Assembly: GCA_963806225.1 (NCBI GenBank)
Contig: CAWDXG010000004.1
Location: 2,944,001 to 3,008,000, forward strand
Source of the DNA: an uncultured delta proteobacterium
GTDB lineage: Bacteria; Myxococcota_A; Polyangia; Polyangiales; Polyangiaceae
Direction of reading: 5' to 3'
Length of the DNA stretch: 64,000 bases
The stretch's first letter is position 1, and every line of letters begins with the position of its first letter. A program made the position numbers and the translations under genes. Positions 1-10,494 of the stretch are shown here, piece after piece. Below the pieces are notes generated by a model, which was given only the letters and a program-made list of their open reading frames with translations, ran no database searches and was not told where the DNA came from.

Positions 1-235
1 ATCCGCCGAGCCTCAAACTGTCGCGGGCCCCGCCGTTGGCCGAGATCGCGAAGCTTCCGGTCAAGCGTGATCGCACCCCTCGGAAATGCCTCGTCACGAT
101 CAGGATGTCCGGCAGACTGCGGCTGAAGTGCTGCAGTAGGGCATGGGGGTGAAAGTGTGGGCATAGTCAATTGTTCGCTCGTATCGGCCTACCCCTCGGG
201 CACTCCCAGCAGTCCCGCGCACATCCAGATCCGAC

Positions 236-333
236 CCAGCTGGTTGATGAAGATGAGCGTCGTGCCTGTGCGTGAAACGACACCGTTGAGCTTGCGCAAT
301 GCCTGGCTCATCAAGCGCGCGTGCAGCCGCAAC
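236..333 (-). pseudogene. recA: Short recA remnant
   Basis: Translates LHARLMSQALRKLNGVVSRTGTTLIFINQL, the conserved RecA segment after Walker B; flanking sequence is not RecA-like. Confidence 0.75.
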
Positions 334-429
334 GCCGCCTTTGCTGGATGCTGCCGGTCATGCTCCTCGGGGGCGGTTCGGTGTTCGCCTACGCCGCAAG
401 CCGCTGGGCGAGCGCGCTGGCGCAGCGGC

Positions 430-1857
430 TCAGCCTTCCGGGTCCGGATTCGCAGGCGGCATCCTGAGCGCGCCGCGCTCTTCCGCCTCCTCGAGCGCGC
501 GTGCGATCCTCCGGTCGTCGATCTCGTCGGCTGACGCGGCATCCAGCGCGATGCGGAGGTGCGGATCCGCCGACGTTGCCGCGGCAACGCGGATGCGGCG
601 TCGGGCCTCGTCATCGCGGCTTCTCAGCGCGAGCGCCGCGGCGACGCGTCGCTCCAGCGGCGCGTTCGGATCGGCCAGAACATCGTCGAGCTCGACCTGG
701 CCTAGCCCGGCGCTGCGGAATCCGGCTTCGCCAAACGCCGGATCGCCGAGTGCCGTTCGCCACTCCTCGACCGATCGCCCTTTCCTGTCGAGCGCGTCGA
801 GCGGCGGCGCGTCCACCGCGGCCGCCGCCGCGCGCCCGCGCTCGATGTGGTCGAAGAGCGCGTCCACCTGGTCGTGGGACTGCCCGCTGGCGAACAACCT
901 CACCTCGCCCGAGGTCGTTCCGAGCACGACGACCCCACCCTTGAAGATCCCGGTATCAGCCCCATGCTCGCGCTTCGCGCTGGTGATCGAGGAGTACGGA
1001 ATGAACTTCGGGTGGAGGACTCCGGTGATGCGAATGCCGTCCAGGCCGACGGTCGCGTTCGGCCGGAACCAGACGCCGCAGACGGTCGCAACCAGGACCG
1101 ACAAGGTCATGGAGATTGTGAAAGCGTAGAGCGGCCCCACGATGTGGAGCACGTTCATCGGCAGCAAGGTGCCGAGCCACACGACGCACCACGCGACCAG
1201 CACGTTGGCAAACGTATCGATCGCGCCGCGAAGCGGCACCCGGAGCGTGCGCTGCTCCAGCGTGACGCCGAGATGCTGCAGTATGCCGTTGGCGTAGCCG
1301 CCCTCCAGCGTCGCTTCGATCACTGCGCCGCCTTCCAGTCGTAGCACCAGGCGATCAGGCGTCGGTGCGTACCCGTCCTCGATATGACCCGCTCGCACCA
1401 CGCGCGCAGGGCGCAAGGCCATCCTCGGCGCACGGATCTTGATCGCGCGTTCGGCAAGCTCGATCGCGTGACGCGATCCCAGTTGGGAGTCGCGGAGAAC
1501 CAGGCGCGCCAGGATCGACGCAATAACAAGGAAGAAGAATAACTCCAGGGGTATCTTCGCGGCTTCTCCCGCGAGCGCGAAAATCCCCAGCACGAAAAGC
1601 ATCGGCAGGCACACCACCAGCGCCGATATGGCCAGCGCGCGCACAAAGCGCCCCGGCCGCACCTGGATGCTACGGCACGCGATCACCAGGTCAGTATATG
1701 TCGCGACGAAGCCACCGCGCGCCGCGCGAGGTGATACCTGGACTCCGTCCCGGAAAACGACACGCCGGAGTGGCTCAGCCCGGACGGCTGCCGGATCTAC
1801 ATCGCAAGCAAGCGCGACAACGCTACCTGCCATATCTACGTCGCCCAACGCGGCCAT
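430..1857 (-). CDS. Hypothetical membrane protein (about 4 TM helices, PH-like segment, helical C-terminus)
   Basis: Intact 475-aa ORF with two pairs of hydrophobic helices, a VGLDGIRITG..FIPYSSI segment and C-terminal ERRVAAALAL..RIRVAAATSADP. Confidence 0.75.
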   Translation of the reverse strand: MAALGDVDMAGSVVALACDVDPAAVRAEPLRRVVFRDGVQVSPRAARGGFVATYTDLVIACRSIQVRPGRFVRALAISALVVCLPMLFVLGIFALAGEAAKIPLELFFFLVIASILARLVLRDSQLGSRHAIELAERAIKIRAPRMALRPARVVRAGHIEDGYAPTPDRLVLRLEGGAVIEATLEGGYANGILQHLGVTLEQRTLRVPLRGAIDTFANVLVAWCVVWLGTLLPMNVLHIVGPLYAFTISMTLSVLVATVCGVWFRPNATVGLDGIRITGVLHPKFIPYSSITSAKREHGADTGIFKGGVVVLGTTSGEVRLFASGQSHDQVDALFDHIERGRAAAAAVDAPPLDALDRKGRSVEEWRTALGDPAFGEAGFRSAGLGQVELDDVLADPNAPLERRVAAALALRSRDDEARRRIRVAAATSADPHLRIALDAASADEIDDRRIARALEEAEERGALRMPPANPDPEG

Positions 1858-2040
1858 TGAGCGACCCGCGACCGAGGGCCAGGAAGTCCAACCCCATTCC
1901 CGAAGTGTGCGCCTGGCGGCAGAGCCGGGACAGTGGAGCGGGGGTCAACGGCGCGGATCGGCGCGGACAGGCTGGTGGAAGGGCGTAACCACCGGGAATC
2001 AGTGGACATAACGCCCAGACTGCGAAGTCGTCCCCGGGCT

Positions 2041-2223
2041 ATGCTGAAACGTTACGATCGGATCCCTTGTCTGCCATCGAAGGCGCGGCACTTCACGGGG
2101 CCGGGCGACTTCTACACCAGTGTGATCGCGAAGCTTTTCTCTGGAGAAGGGCTCGGCAAGCGGGCGCTCACGTACGAGATAGGGGCTCATCTGCCGTTGT
2201 GGGTGCAGGTGCGCACTGGGTGA
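2041..2223 (+). pseudogene. C-terminal remnant of an endonuclease/exonuclease/phosphatase (EEP) family protein
   Basis: KRYDRI..GDF..LTYEIGAHLPLWVQV resembles the terminal YD-I..SDH-P-W motif of EEP enzymes, with SDH decayed to GAH; no N-terminal part. Confidence 0.5.
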
Positions 2224-2322
2224 GGACGCTGGCGTTTCCACAAAGCGACGATTTCACGCAACCGCAACCGCGATCGTCCGACTGGCGGCTGTGCCCCAGC
2301 GACCAGGAGCCCTAGAGGAGCC

Positions 2323-3599
2323 TGTGTCGGCTACCTGTCGTGGCTACTCCTCGCGTCCGCCGCAGAATCCCTCGGGAATCCGCCGCGCACAAGACTTGAA
2401 CGGCGCGGCGCGATCGGGCACATCGCGCTCGTGCTCGACGCCTTGGTTCATCGCTTTCGCGACGCCATGCGCGATGTAGCGGAACGCGTGGCAGCGGTGG
2501 TGCGGACCGGCACACGGCCGAGCCCGGGCCCTGTCATCAGCGGGCTGCTCCGCGACGTGGCACGTTCGCGCAGAGAGCTCATCGCGGACAACATGCTGCT
2601 CCGTCAGCAGCTCGTCGTCGCGGCACGGCGGGTCAAGAAGCCGAGGTTCGCGGCGCACGAGCGCGGGCTTCTCGTCGCGCTCGCCCATTTCGTGCCGCGG
2701 TGGCGTGACGCCGTGCTGCTCGTGAGGCCAGAGACGATCCTACGCTGGCATCGGGCAGGCTTCAGGCTGTTCTGGCGGGCAAAGTCCACGGTGCGCGCGC
2801 GTGGCATGCCGACCCGACGCACGCCGCCGGAGACGGTCGAGCTCATCCGGAGGCTGGCCCAAGAGAACCCGCTCTGGGGCGCCGAACGGATCCGCGGCGA
2901 GCTGCTCAAGCTCGGCATCCGCGTGGCGAAGCGCACCGTCCAGAAGTACATGCGCCAGGTACGGGGGCCGCGGCAGTGGGGGCAGAGCTGGTCGACGTTC
3001 CTCGGGAACCACCTGCACCAGAGCTGGGCGTGCGACTTCCTGCAGCTCTACGACATCTGGTTCCGGCCCATCTTCGCGTTCTTCATCGTCGAGCTCGGCT
3101 CGCGCAGGGTCGTGCACGTCGGCGTGACGTGCAGTCCCAGCGCGACGTGGGTCGCCCAGCAGCTCCGCAACGCGACGCCGTTCGCCGCCGGGCCGCGGTT
3201 CATCATCCGCGACAAAGACGACAAGTTCGGGCCCGACTTCGAACGCGCAGCCAAGGCAGCGGGTATCCGGGTCCTCCGCACCGCGGTGAAGGCCCCGCGC
3301 ATGAACTCCTTCTGCGAGCGGTTCCTCGGCAGCGTGCGGCGCGAGTGCCTGGACCACGTCATCGTGCTCGGCGAAGCGCACCTGCATCGTGTGCTGCGCG
3401 AGTATTGCTTTGCGTACTTCAATCGGGCGCGGCCTCATCAGGGCATCGGACAGCTCGTTCCGATCGATTCGTCATCCGGCGGAGCAGGAAACGGGGCGGT
3501 CACCGGGCGCGCCATTCTGAACGGGCTTCATCACGACTACCGGCGAGCGGCGTGATGCTGCCGCTTTCATGCGCGCGGATGATTCGGCTAGCCAGCACA
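2323..3599 (+). mobile_element. Insertion sequence with rve/DDE transposase (IS481-like TGT...ACA ends)
   Basis: Imperfect terminal inverted repeats: left tgtgtcggcta (2323-2333), right tagccagcaca (3589-3599; revcomp tgtgctggcta); no clear target duplication. Confidence 0.7.
2431..3555 (+). CDS. Integrase-core (DDE) transposase
   Basis: Motifs NMLLRQQL, VRPETILRWHR, WGAERIRGELLKLGI, WACDF, IIRDKDDKF, NSFCERF..ECLDH, YFNRARPHQG. Confidence 0.93.
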   Translation: MLDALVHRFRDAMRDVAERVAAVVRTGTRPSPGPVISGLLRDVARSRRELIADNMLLRQQLVVAARRVKKPRFAAHERGLLVALAHFVPRWRDAVLLVRPETILRWHRAGFRLFWRAKSTVRARGMPTRRTPPETVELIRRLAQENPLWGAERIRGELLKLGIRVAKRTVQKYMRQVRGPRQWGQSWSTFLGNHLHQSWACDFLQLYDIWFRPIFAFFIVELGSRRVVHVGVTCSPSATWVAQQLRNATPFAAGPRFIIRDKDDKFGPDFERAAKAAGIRVLRTAVKAPRMNSFCERFLGSVRRECLDHVIVLGEAHLHRVLREYCFAYFNRARPHQGIGQLVPIDSSSGGAGNGAVTGRAILNGLHHDYRRAA

Positions 3600-3949
3600 G
3601 GGGCGACAACCTCGGCGTCCTGCGTGCGTGCCCGGAGCGCGCGCGTCTTTTCGCTCATCGCCTCTTCGCCCGTGCCGTCGGCACGACGCGCGATCTGTCG
3701 GAGCAGCGGCCACTGGGGTGAGGACCATGGCTGCCCACCCTAGGGCAGTCGTGCCGGCCTCGGCAACGGGTGAAAGTGCTGCAGAGCCCGGCCGTACTCG
3801 CGCTGCGCCTCGGGGTGGGCGGCTGCGGGAAGCTCCACGCGGCTTGCCGATCCGTGCCGCGAGCAATTTCCCCCGAGCCGGATCGCGGGAAGGGCCGCAC
3901 ACAGGAGTGTGGAAGCGCCAACCCTGCCCCTGCCGCCTCCCGATCGCGC

Positions 3950-4981
3950 CTAAGAGCACGATGCCGACGCGAGCTCCAGCCCGTACCACATGCCGCGCAG
4001 CGACGGGCTGCCGATACTGGACTTGTCGTTGCCCAGCGGCAGAAGCACGTAGCTGGTTTCGCCCACGGCCTCGAACACCAGGCCCTGGCTCGGTCGCGCC
4101 GACAGCGACAGCGTCGCCAGCGGCCAGCCCCATGGAGCGATGGTCGACGTCCCGGCTGTCCGCGCACCGGCGAGGCCGACCGAGCGCGCTGCTCCAACGC
4201 GCAGACCGCCGCCGATGCGCACCGAGAACCAGTCCCAGTTCTGGTGCAAGTAGACCGAGCTGCCGAGCGTGGCGGTCTCCACCTGGTAGCGCCCGGCCGT
4301 CGTACCCAGCTCGCCGCGATCGATCACTGCGTCGAGCGACCAGGAGACGTGGCGCATGGGTTCGTCGCCCAGCCGACGCCGCCGCCCCAGAGCGCTCCGG
4401 GATGCGAGAAGAAGGCGCGCTGGGATATCACCGCCAGTAGCCGGAACGGGCGCCGCGGTGGAGGCTTCTTCCAGGGCTTCTCGATAGAAGGGACCGGCTG
4501 CCCGCCCCGCCCTGTTACCCGGTCGCGCGCAGCTTCGCGCGCCGCGGCCGGTGGCGGCGGACCGGCTGGCTCCACCTGTGGATCGGGATTGGTCTCGAGC
4601 TCGCTCCAGCTCGCGAGCACCAGCTCCGACGTGGCGATCGCGATCAGCCGCGCCCTGGCGTTGGGCGCCGCTGCGCCCACGTTGATGTGGCGCGTGACGA
4701 TTCTTGCGACTCAGCGGATCCTGCACGCGCAGCTCGGCGTCGTGGTCGTGGCATACGACGACCGCCGTGGTCACGCCCGGACCGGGCGCGTCGGCCAGCT
4801 CGGCGCCCAGCTCGGCGGCGAGGATGCGACGCACCGCTGGCACCGACAGGCCGCTGCAGCTCTGCAACTCGAGATCGACCTCCGGGGCCACCTGCGCCCG
4901 CGCCTGGGCCGCAAGAAACGATACGCCCACCAGCACCAGCACCGGGATCGGCCAGGCCTTCACGCGGCGATGGTAGATCAA
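3950..4981 (-). CDS. Secreted hypothetical protein with putative C-terminal beta-barrel (frameshifted)
   Basis: Signal peptide ending AQARA; frames join via ARLIAIATSELVLASWSEL, a Pro-rich linker and amphipathic beta-strands; shares a motif with the 16205-17230 gene. Confidence 0.6.
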   Translation of the reverse strand: MIYHRRVKAWPIPVLVLVGVSFLAAQARAQVAPEVDLELQSCSGLSVPAVRRILAAELGAELADAPGPGVTTAVVVCHDHDAELRVQDPLSRKNRHAPHQRGRSGAQRQGAADRDRHVGAGARELERARDQSRSTGGASRSAATGRGARSCARPGNRAGRAAGPFYREALEEASTAAPVPATGGDIPARLLLASRSALGRRRRLGDEPMRHVSWSLDAVIDRGELGTTAGRYQVETATLGSSVYLHQNWDWFSVRIGGGLRVGAARSVGLAGARTAGTSTIAPWGWPLATLSLSARPSQGLVFEAVGETSYVLLPLGNDKSSIGSPSLRGMWYGLELASASCS

Positions 4982-5029
4982 CCGGAGCCGATTTCCGAAA
5001 CAGCGACGAGCCGGAATCGTCCGGACATG

Positions 5030-5715
5030 TGACTACTGAGTGGAAAGTGCGATTTCCGCTGTCCGTTCTGCTAGCCGGAGTAGTCCTGGTCACTCCCCGG
5101 GTTGGCGCAGCCCAGCCGGGGCCGGCGGAGGAAGCCATCCACGTGGCAAACCCGCCCACGCTCTCGGTCGGTCTGCAGGGCTACGCGGGGATGGGCGTGC
5201 TCGCCAACAGCGAGCGCGCGGATGCGTATGCCCTGGGCGGCGGCGCGCTCGAGGTGCGCTCGAGCTACTTCCAGCTCGGCGGCTTCGCCGAGGCCGGCGA
5301 GCTACCCCAGGACACGCTCCGGAGCTACGGCGGCTTTGTAGGAGGCTGGCTGCCGTTCGCCCACTGGGTCACCTTCGACGCGGCGCTCGGCGCAGGCCGC
5401 CACACGTATGTCAACACCGACGCGCGCTACGGCCCCGGTGGCTACTCGCTCGGCAGCTGGTTCGGCACGCTCAGGCTCGGCGTCTCCGATTGCTCGCACG
5501 GCATCCTAGGCGCGCTACTGGGGAGTGATGCTGCTCGCTTCGCTCGACCTGGACCGTCACTCGATCCACTGGCGCTACGGAACAGCCGACAACCGCCAGG
5601 AAGTCACCGGCGTACGCGCCAGGTCGGGGGCTTCTCGCTCGGCGTCGCATTCACCGTCGGCTTGGACGGCTCCACCCGCAGCGAAGCTACGACACCCGCC
5701 CACGGCATGGAATGA
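5030..5715 (+). CDS. Small outer-membrane beta-barrel-like protein (frameshifted)
   Basis: Signal peptide, then alternating Gly/aromatic strands (YFQLGGFAE, YGGFVGGW, FDAALGAG, FSLGVAFTVGLD); indels near 5523 and 5615. Confidence 0.55.
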
Positions 5716-5770
5716 AGCGAGGCCGCCTCCGGCGTGGAAGCGGCCTCGCAATGTCGGTGTGTCGGCCCGA

Positions 5771-7787
5771 CTAGCCGTGACGCCGACGCCGGCGTTGCTC
5801 GAGCAAGCCGACCGCCCCGAGCAGCAGGAGCGCGCCACTGCCACCCGGCGTCGGAGCGCCGTCTGCCATGTGGCAGCCGCAGCCGCCCTTGTTGCCGGAA
5901 GTCGCCGCCGCCGATCCGCCGCCGCCATCGACGCCGCCATCGACGCCGATACCGCCGGCGCCAGCCGATCCGCGCTGCCCGAGAACCCACCGGAGCCGCC
6001 CGTCGCCGTGCCGCCGGAGCCGCCCGTCGCCGGCGCCGCCGGAGCCGCCCGTCGCCGTACCGCCGGAGCTGCCTGTCGCCAGACCGCCGGAGCCGCCCGT
6101 CGCCGTACCGCCGGAGCCGCCCATCGCCGTACCGCCGGTGCCGCCCGTGCTTGTCGTTCCGCCGGTGCCGCCCGTGCTTGTCGTTCCGCCGGTGCCGCCC
6201 GTGCTTGTCGTTCCGCCGGCGCCGCCCGTGCTTGTCGTTCCGCCGGTGCCGCCCGTGCTTGTCGTTCCGCCGGCGCCGGCTGTACCGCCGTCGACGCCGC
6301 AGCCGCTGATGAGCGTGTTGCTGCAAGTGTTGGTGGCGGTGTCGCAGGTATCGGTGGTGCAGGCGTTGCCGTCGTTGCAGTCCGCATTCGAGGTGCAGCA
6401 GCCTACGACAGCGGTGTTCGAGCACGTGCCCGAGTTGCAGGTGTCGGTGGTACAGGCGTTGTTGTCGTTGCAGCCCGCATTGCTGCTGCAGCAGCCCGCG
6501 ATCGCCGAGTGCGAGCACGTGTGGTTGGCTGGATCGCACACGTCCGCGGTGCAACTGTTGCCATCCGAGCAGTCGCCATTCGTCAGGCAGCAGCCCGCCA
6601 CGACCGTGTTGCTGCAGGTCCCGGTCGCGGTATTGCAACGTATCTGGGTGGTGCAGGCGTTCTGGTCGTTGCAGTCCGCGTCGCTCGCGCAGCACCCCGT
6701 CTTCGCGGTGTAGACGCACTGGTTGTTGGTGCAGGCCGCCGTCGTGCAGGTCGACGTGTTCGTGCAGTCGGCACCGCTCTGGCAGCACCCGGTGATCGCG
6801 CTGAACACGCAGGTGCCGGTCACAAGATCGCAGCTGTCGGCCGTACACGCATTGCCATCGCTGCAGTCGGCGTTCGAAGCGCAGCAACCGGCTTGCGGCG
6901 TGTGCGAGCAGGTGTGGGTGCTCGTGTCGCACACGTCGAGTGTGCAGGTGTTCGCGTCCGCACAGTCGCCGCTGGTATTGCAGCAACCGGCCACCGGCGT
7001 GCTCGTGCAGGTACCCGTCGACGTGTCACAGGTATTGGTCGTGCAGGCGTTGTTGTCTGCACAGTCCGCGTCCGTCGAGCAGCAACCCGCGACCTGCGTA
7101 TGGGTACAGGTGTTGGTCGCCGTGTTGCACGTATCGGTGGTGCAGGCGTTGCCGTCGGCGCAGTCCGCGTTGCCGAGGCAACAGCCGCTGACCAGCGCGT
7201 GCGTGCAGGTGTGCGTCGTCAGATTGCAGCTATCCGACGTGCAAACGTTGGTATCCGCACAGTCGGCGTCCGTGTTGCAGCAACCCGTCGTCGCCTTGTT
7301 GACGCAGGTTCCGGTGGACGTGTCGCAACTGTCGGTCGTGCAGGTGTTGCCGTCGTTGCAGCTCGGCATTGGTCGCGCAGCAGCCGGCCTGGGCCGTGTG
7401 CACGCACTGCTTCGTGGTCGTGTTGCAACTGTCGGCCGTGCAGGTGTTGCCGACGTTGCAGTCGGCGTTGGTCGTGCAGCAACCGGCGAGAGCCGTGTGC
7501 GAGCAGGTATTCGTCGCCACGTCGCAGAGGTCGCTCGTGCACGCATTGCCGTCGCTGCAGTCCGAAGGCTTCGTACAGCATCCGGCGACGGCTGTATTGG
7601 TGCAGGTGTGCGTTGTCGTGTCGCAGGCATCGGTCGTACAGACGTTGCCGTCGCTGCACTGCACGTCGGTCGTGCAGGCGACCGCTGCTTGCTGGCTCGA
7701 GCCCAGCGGCGGGCTCTTGTCCTGCGAGCTACAGCCGAGCAACGCCACCGCGGCGAGGCTCGCAAGAATTGCTAGACGTTGGATCAT
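5771..7787 (-). CDS. Cys-rich repeat lipoprotein with MYXO-CTERM tail (frameshifted)
   Basis: Lipobox ALLGC; 14 units of about 33 aa (C-x5-C-x-D-x-N-x-CT-x-D-x-C..C..GC); Gly/Thr linker; GGCGC..hydrophobic..RRRRR tail; indels near 7365 and 6000-6035. Confidence 0.85.
6132..6266. repeat. 27-bp tandem repeat x5 encoding a TTSTGGTGG linker
   Basis: Unit ccgccggtgccgcccgtgcttgtcgtt at 6132, 6159, 6186, 6213 (one variant base) and 6240. Confidence 0.9.
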
Positions 7788-7954
7788 TAAGGTCCCTCCT
7801 GGTCCTCGGGTGTGGTCCGCGCTGCTGGCCGCACGGACCTGCTTTTTGTCGGGCAGTGTCGCGGGAGGGCGCGGATGGCTCGGGAAACTTCCAGGGGGCC
7901 ACGCCGTGCATTTTCTCGAGCCGTCCGGACACCCTGGGCACACTGCCTCGACAC

Positions 7955-8466
7955 ATGCCCCCACATCGTCGTCGTTCTGGTTCGCGATCCGCCCGCCTCC
8001 GGCTGCCGGGGCTTCGAACGATGCCACACTACTACTAGGTGCGGCGCTGGTGCTCGTGGCCTGCTCCGGCTCGCAGGCTAGTGCAGGCGGCGGCGGCACA
8101 CAGACGTGCACGAACAGCGCGTGCTCGTGCAACGGAACCGCGTCGGTATCCTTTGCCAAGCAAGTCCAGCCGATCCTCTGGTCCACCTGCGCGGTGCAGG
8201 GCTGCCGCCGGTGGCGCGAACCCCGTCGCAGGCCTGGACCTGACTGCCGGCGCGGCGTACCAGAATCTGGTCGGCGTCGCGTCGACGGAATGCAGCACGA
8301 TGCGGGTAACAGCTGGAGATCCGTCGAACAGCTACCTCATCCACAAGCTCGTGCGGGTTTTTCTGGATCTGCTCGGGCACGCAGATGCCGAAGGCCGGCT
8401 CCCTTTCCAGACTGACCTTGACCTGATCAGCGGCTGGATCTGCCAGCGGCGCAGCCGACAACTTCG
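7955..8466 (+). CDS. Lipoprotein with cytochrome c-like domain (Planctomycete-cytochrome-like, C-x4-C motif; frameshifted)
   Basis: Lipobox LVAC, then VSFAKQVQPIL..CAVQGC..GLDL..YQNLV..RVTAGDPSNSYLIHKL..QMP..DLISGWI; the expected His after the second Cys falls on an indel; start uncertain. Confidence 0.65.
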
Positions 8467-8480
8467 GAGGGAGCAAGCTT

Positions 8481-9035
8481 ATGGATCGTCGATCGAAATT
8501 CCTGCCCCTCGCCGCGCTGGCGGTCCTGCTCACCGTCGCGCTGGTCGCGTCCGCCAAGCTGAAGAGCATCGGCACACCGGACGTGCAGTTCCTTGCCGTC
8601 GGGCCGGCCGGTTTGAAGATCGACGGCCACTCGTCCCAGCTCACCGCCTCCGAGAAGGACGGCAAGCTCAACGTGTTCGCACGGCTCACCCACCTGGAAA
8701 CGGGCATTTCGCTCCGCGACAAGCACCTGCGCCACTATCTCGACACCGACAAACACCCCTACGCAGTGCTCAGCGTCGAGCGCAGCAAGCTGAAGATGCC
8801 GGCCGACCACCAGGTCGCGCAGGCCAGCGCGACCGGCAGCTTCCGGCTGCACGGTGTCACCAAGCGGGTGGACTTCAAGTATCGCGCCAAGCGCATGGGT
8901 AGCGACTATCTCGTGCAGGGGCTCACCGAGGTCGACATCCGCGACTTCGGCATCGAGGTGCCCTGTTACCTGGGTGTGTGCGTGCACCCCAAGGTCAAGA
9001 TCAAAGTCAAGTTCAAGCTCCGCGAGATGCAGTAG
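8481..9035 (+). CDS. YceI-family periplasmic lipid/polyisoprenoid-binding protein
   Basis: Signal peptide, LETGISLRDKHLRHYLDTDKHP, GSFRLHGVTKRV, DIRDFGIEVP; ggagg RBS upstream. Confidence 0.9.
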   Translation: MDRRSKFLPLAALAVLLTVALVASAKLKSIGTPDVQFLAVGPAGLKIDGHSSQLTASEKDGKLNVFARLTHLETGISLRDKHLRHYLDTDKHPYAVLSVERSKLKMPADHQVAQASATGSFRLHGVTKRVDFKYRAKRMGSDYLVQGLTEVDIRDFGIEVPCYLGVCVHPKVKIKVKFKLREMQ

Positions 9036-9107
9036 CCGTTCCTCTACGTGGCCAGCGCCCGGCAACGGGCTTGCGTTCGGGGTCCGGACCAACCGATAAC
9101 CGGACCG

Positions 9108-10466
9108 ATGCGTCGACGTGCTTCGCGTGGTCGGGGCCGCCCGTGCTCGAGCGGGCTCGGGCTGCTGTTGCTGCTGTGTGTTCCGGCGCTGGTCGTGCTG
9201 CTGCATAGCAGCGAGGCCCACGCCTACCCGTGGATGATCCGTCACGGCTACGGCGGTTGCAGCACCTGCCACATGGATCCCTCGGGCGGCGAGCTGCTCA
9301 CGCAGTATGGCCGCGCGCAGGGTGATCTGCTGCTGCGCATGCACTACGGCCATGCCACCGCGAGTCTGGACACGCAGAAGCAGGACAGCGGCGGCTTCGA
9401 CAGCTTCGACAGCTTCGGTAGCGATACCGGCGCGAAACCCAAGCCGAAGCCCGCTCCGCCTCCGCCCGAGGCGTCGGGGCCGAGCCCTAGCGCGGGTTTT
9501 TCTGGGGCTTGTTCAAGCCGCCGGACTGGCTGCTGCTGGGGGGAGCTACCGCCACATGACCGTCATCCGGCCCGCGCCGAAGTCTGGGCAGAAGGTGTTT
9601 GCGACGTTCCCGATGATGGCCGATGTGTACGGCGGGCTGCTCGTAGGCGGTTTCCGCGCCGAGGGCAGCATCGGAATAGCCAAGGTGCCCGCGGGCTCGC
9701 CGCACGCGCGCGCCGCGCAGATCACGACCAACCAGGGCAACCAGCTCAACCTGATCTCGCGCACGCATTGGTTCGGGGTCGTTTGCCCACGACAAGTACC
9801 TGGTGCGCGCCGGTCGCATCAATCTGCCGTTCGGTGCGCGCATTCCGGAGCACATCATGTGGGTGCGCGCTGCGACGCGCACCGACCGCGAGTCCGATCA
9901 GCAGCACGGCGTCGCGTTCGCGTACAACGGCGACGTGTTCCGCGGCGAGCTGATGGGCATCGCGGGCAACTACCAGATCAATCCGGATCGCTTCCGCGAG
10001 CGCGGCTACAGCGGCTACCTCGAGTGGATGCTCGCGGACCAGGCAGCGGTCGGCGTGAGCAGCCTGGTGACGTACGCGCGGGCAGACCAGAGCACGCTGG
10101 AGACCGCAGGTACCCTGCGCCAGGCGCACGGTCTCTTCGCGCGTTAGGCTCGTGCAACCGGTGGTCGTGCTGGCCGAGGGCGACGCGCTCATCAAGTCCC
10201 GCCACGACCTCGGCTACGTCGGCTTCCTCCAGGCGGACTACGAGCCTGTGCAGGGGCTACATTTCGTCGCCACCGGCGAAGTGCTCGACGAAGGCTTCGA
10301 GCCGGGCCTGGGCGCGCTGCGCGCTCCCGGCTTCGGCAAGCCGCGCTTCGGGGGTTGGCTGAGCGTGTTCTGGTTCTTCCTGCCGCATCTCGAGGCGCGG
10401 CTCGACGGCGTGGTCCGGCAGAACGACTCGTTCGAGCTCTTGACCCAGCTGCACGTCTATCTGTGA
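9108..10466 (+). CDS. Monoheme cytochrome c-porin fusion, Cyc2-like architecture (frameshifted)
   Basis: Signal peptide ending EAHA, then YPWMIRHGYGGCSTCHMDPSGGELLTQYGR; porin-like strands including VRAGRINLPFG; C-terminal ELLTQLHVYL; indels near 9500-9540, 9780 and 10145. Confidence 0.75.
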
Positions 10467-10494
10467 CCGCGGAGAGACGATCATTGCCGGAACA

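Noticed and set aside
3600..3660. Short minus-strand start (MSEKTRALRARTQDAEVVA) possibly interrupted by the IS
   Set aside because: Joining it to the left flank hits a stop within a few codons; no recognisable protein
6132..6266. Regular 27-bp (and 33-bp at 47401) repeats as a possible CRISPR array
   Set aside because: Contiguous, spacer-less, in-frame coding repeats; no cas genes in the window
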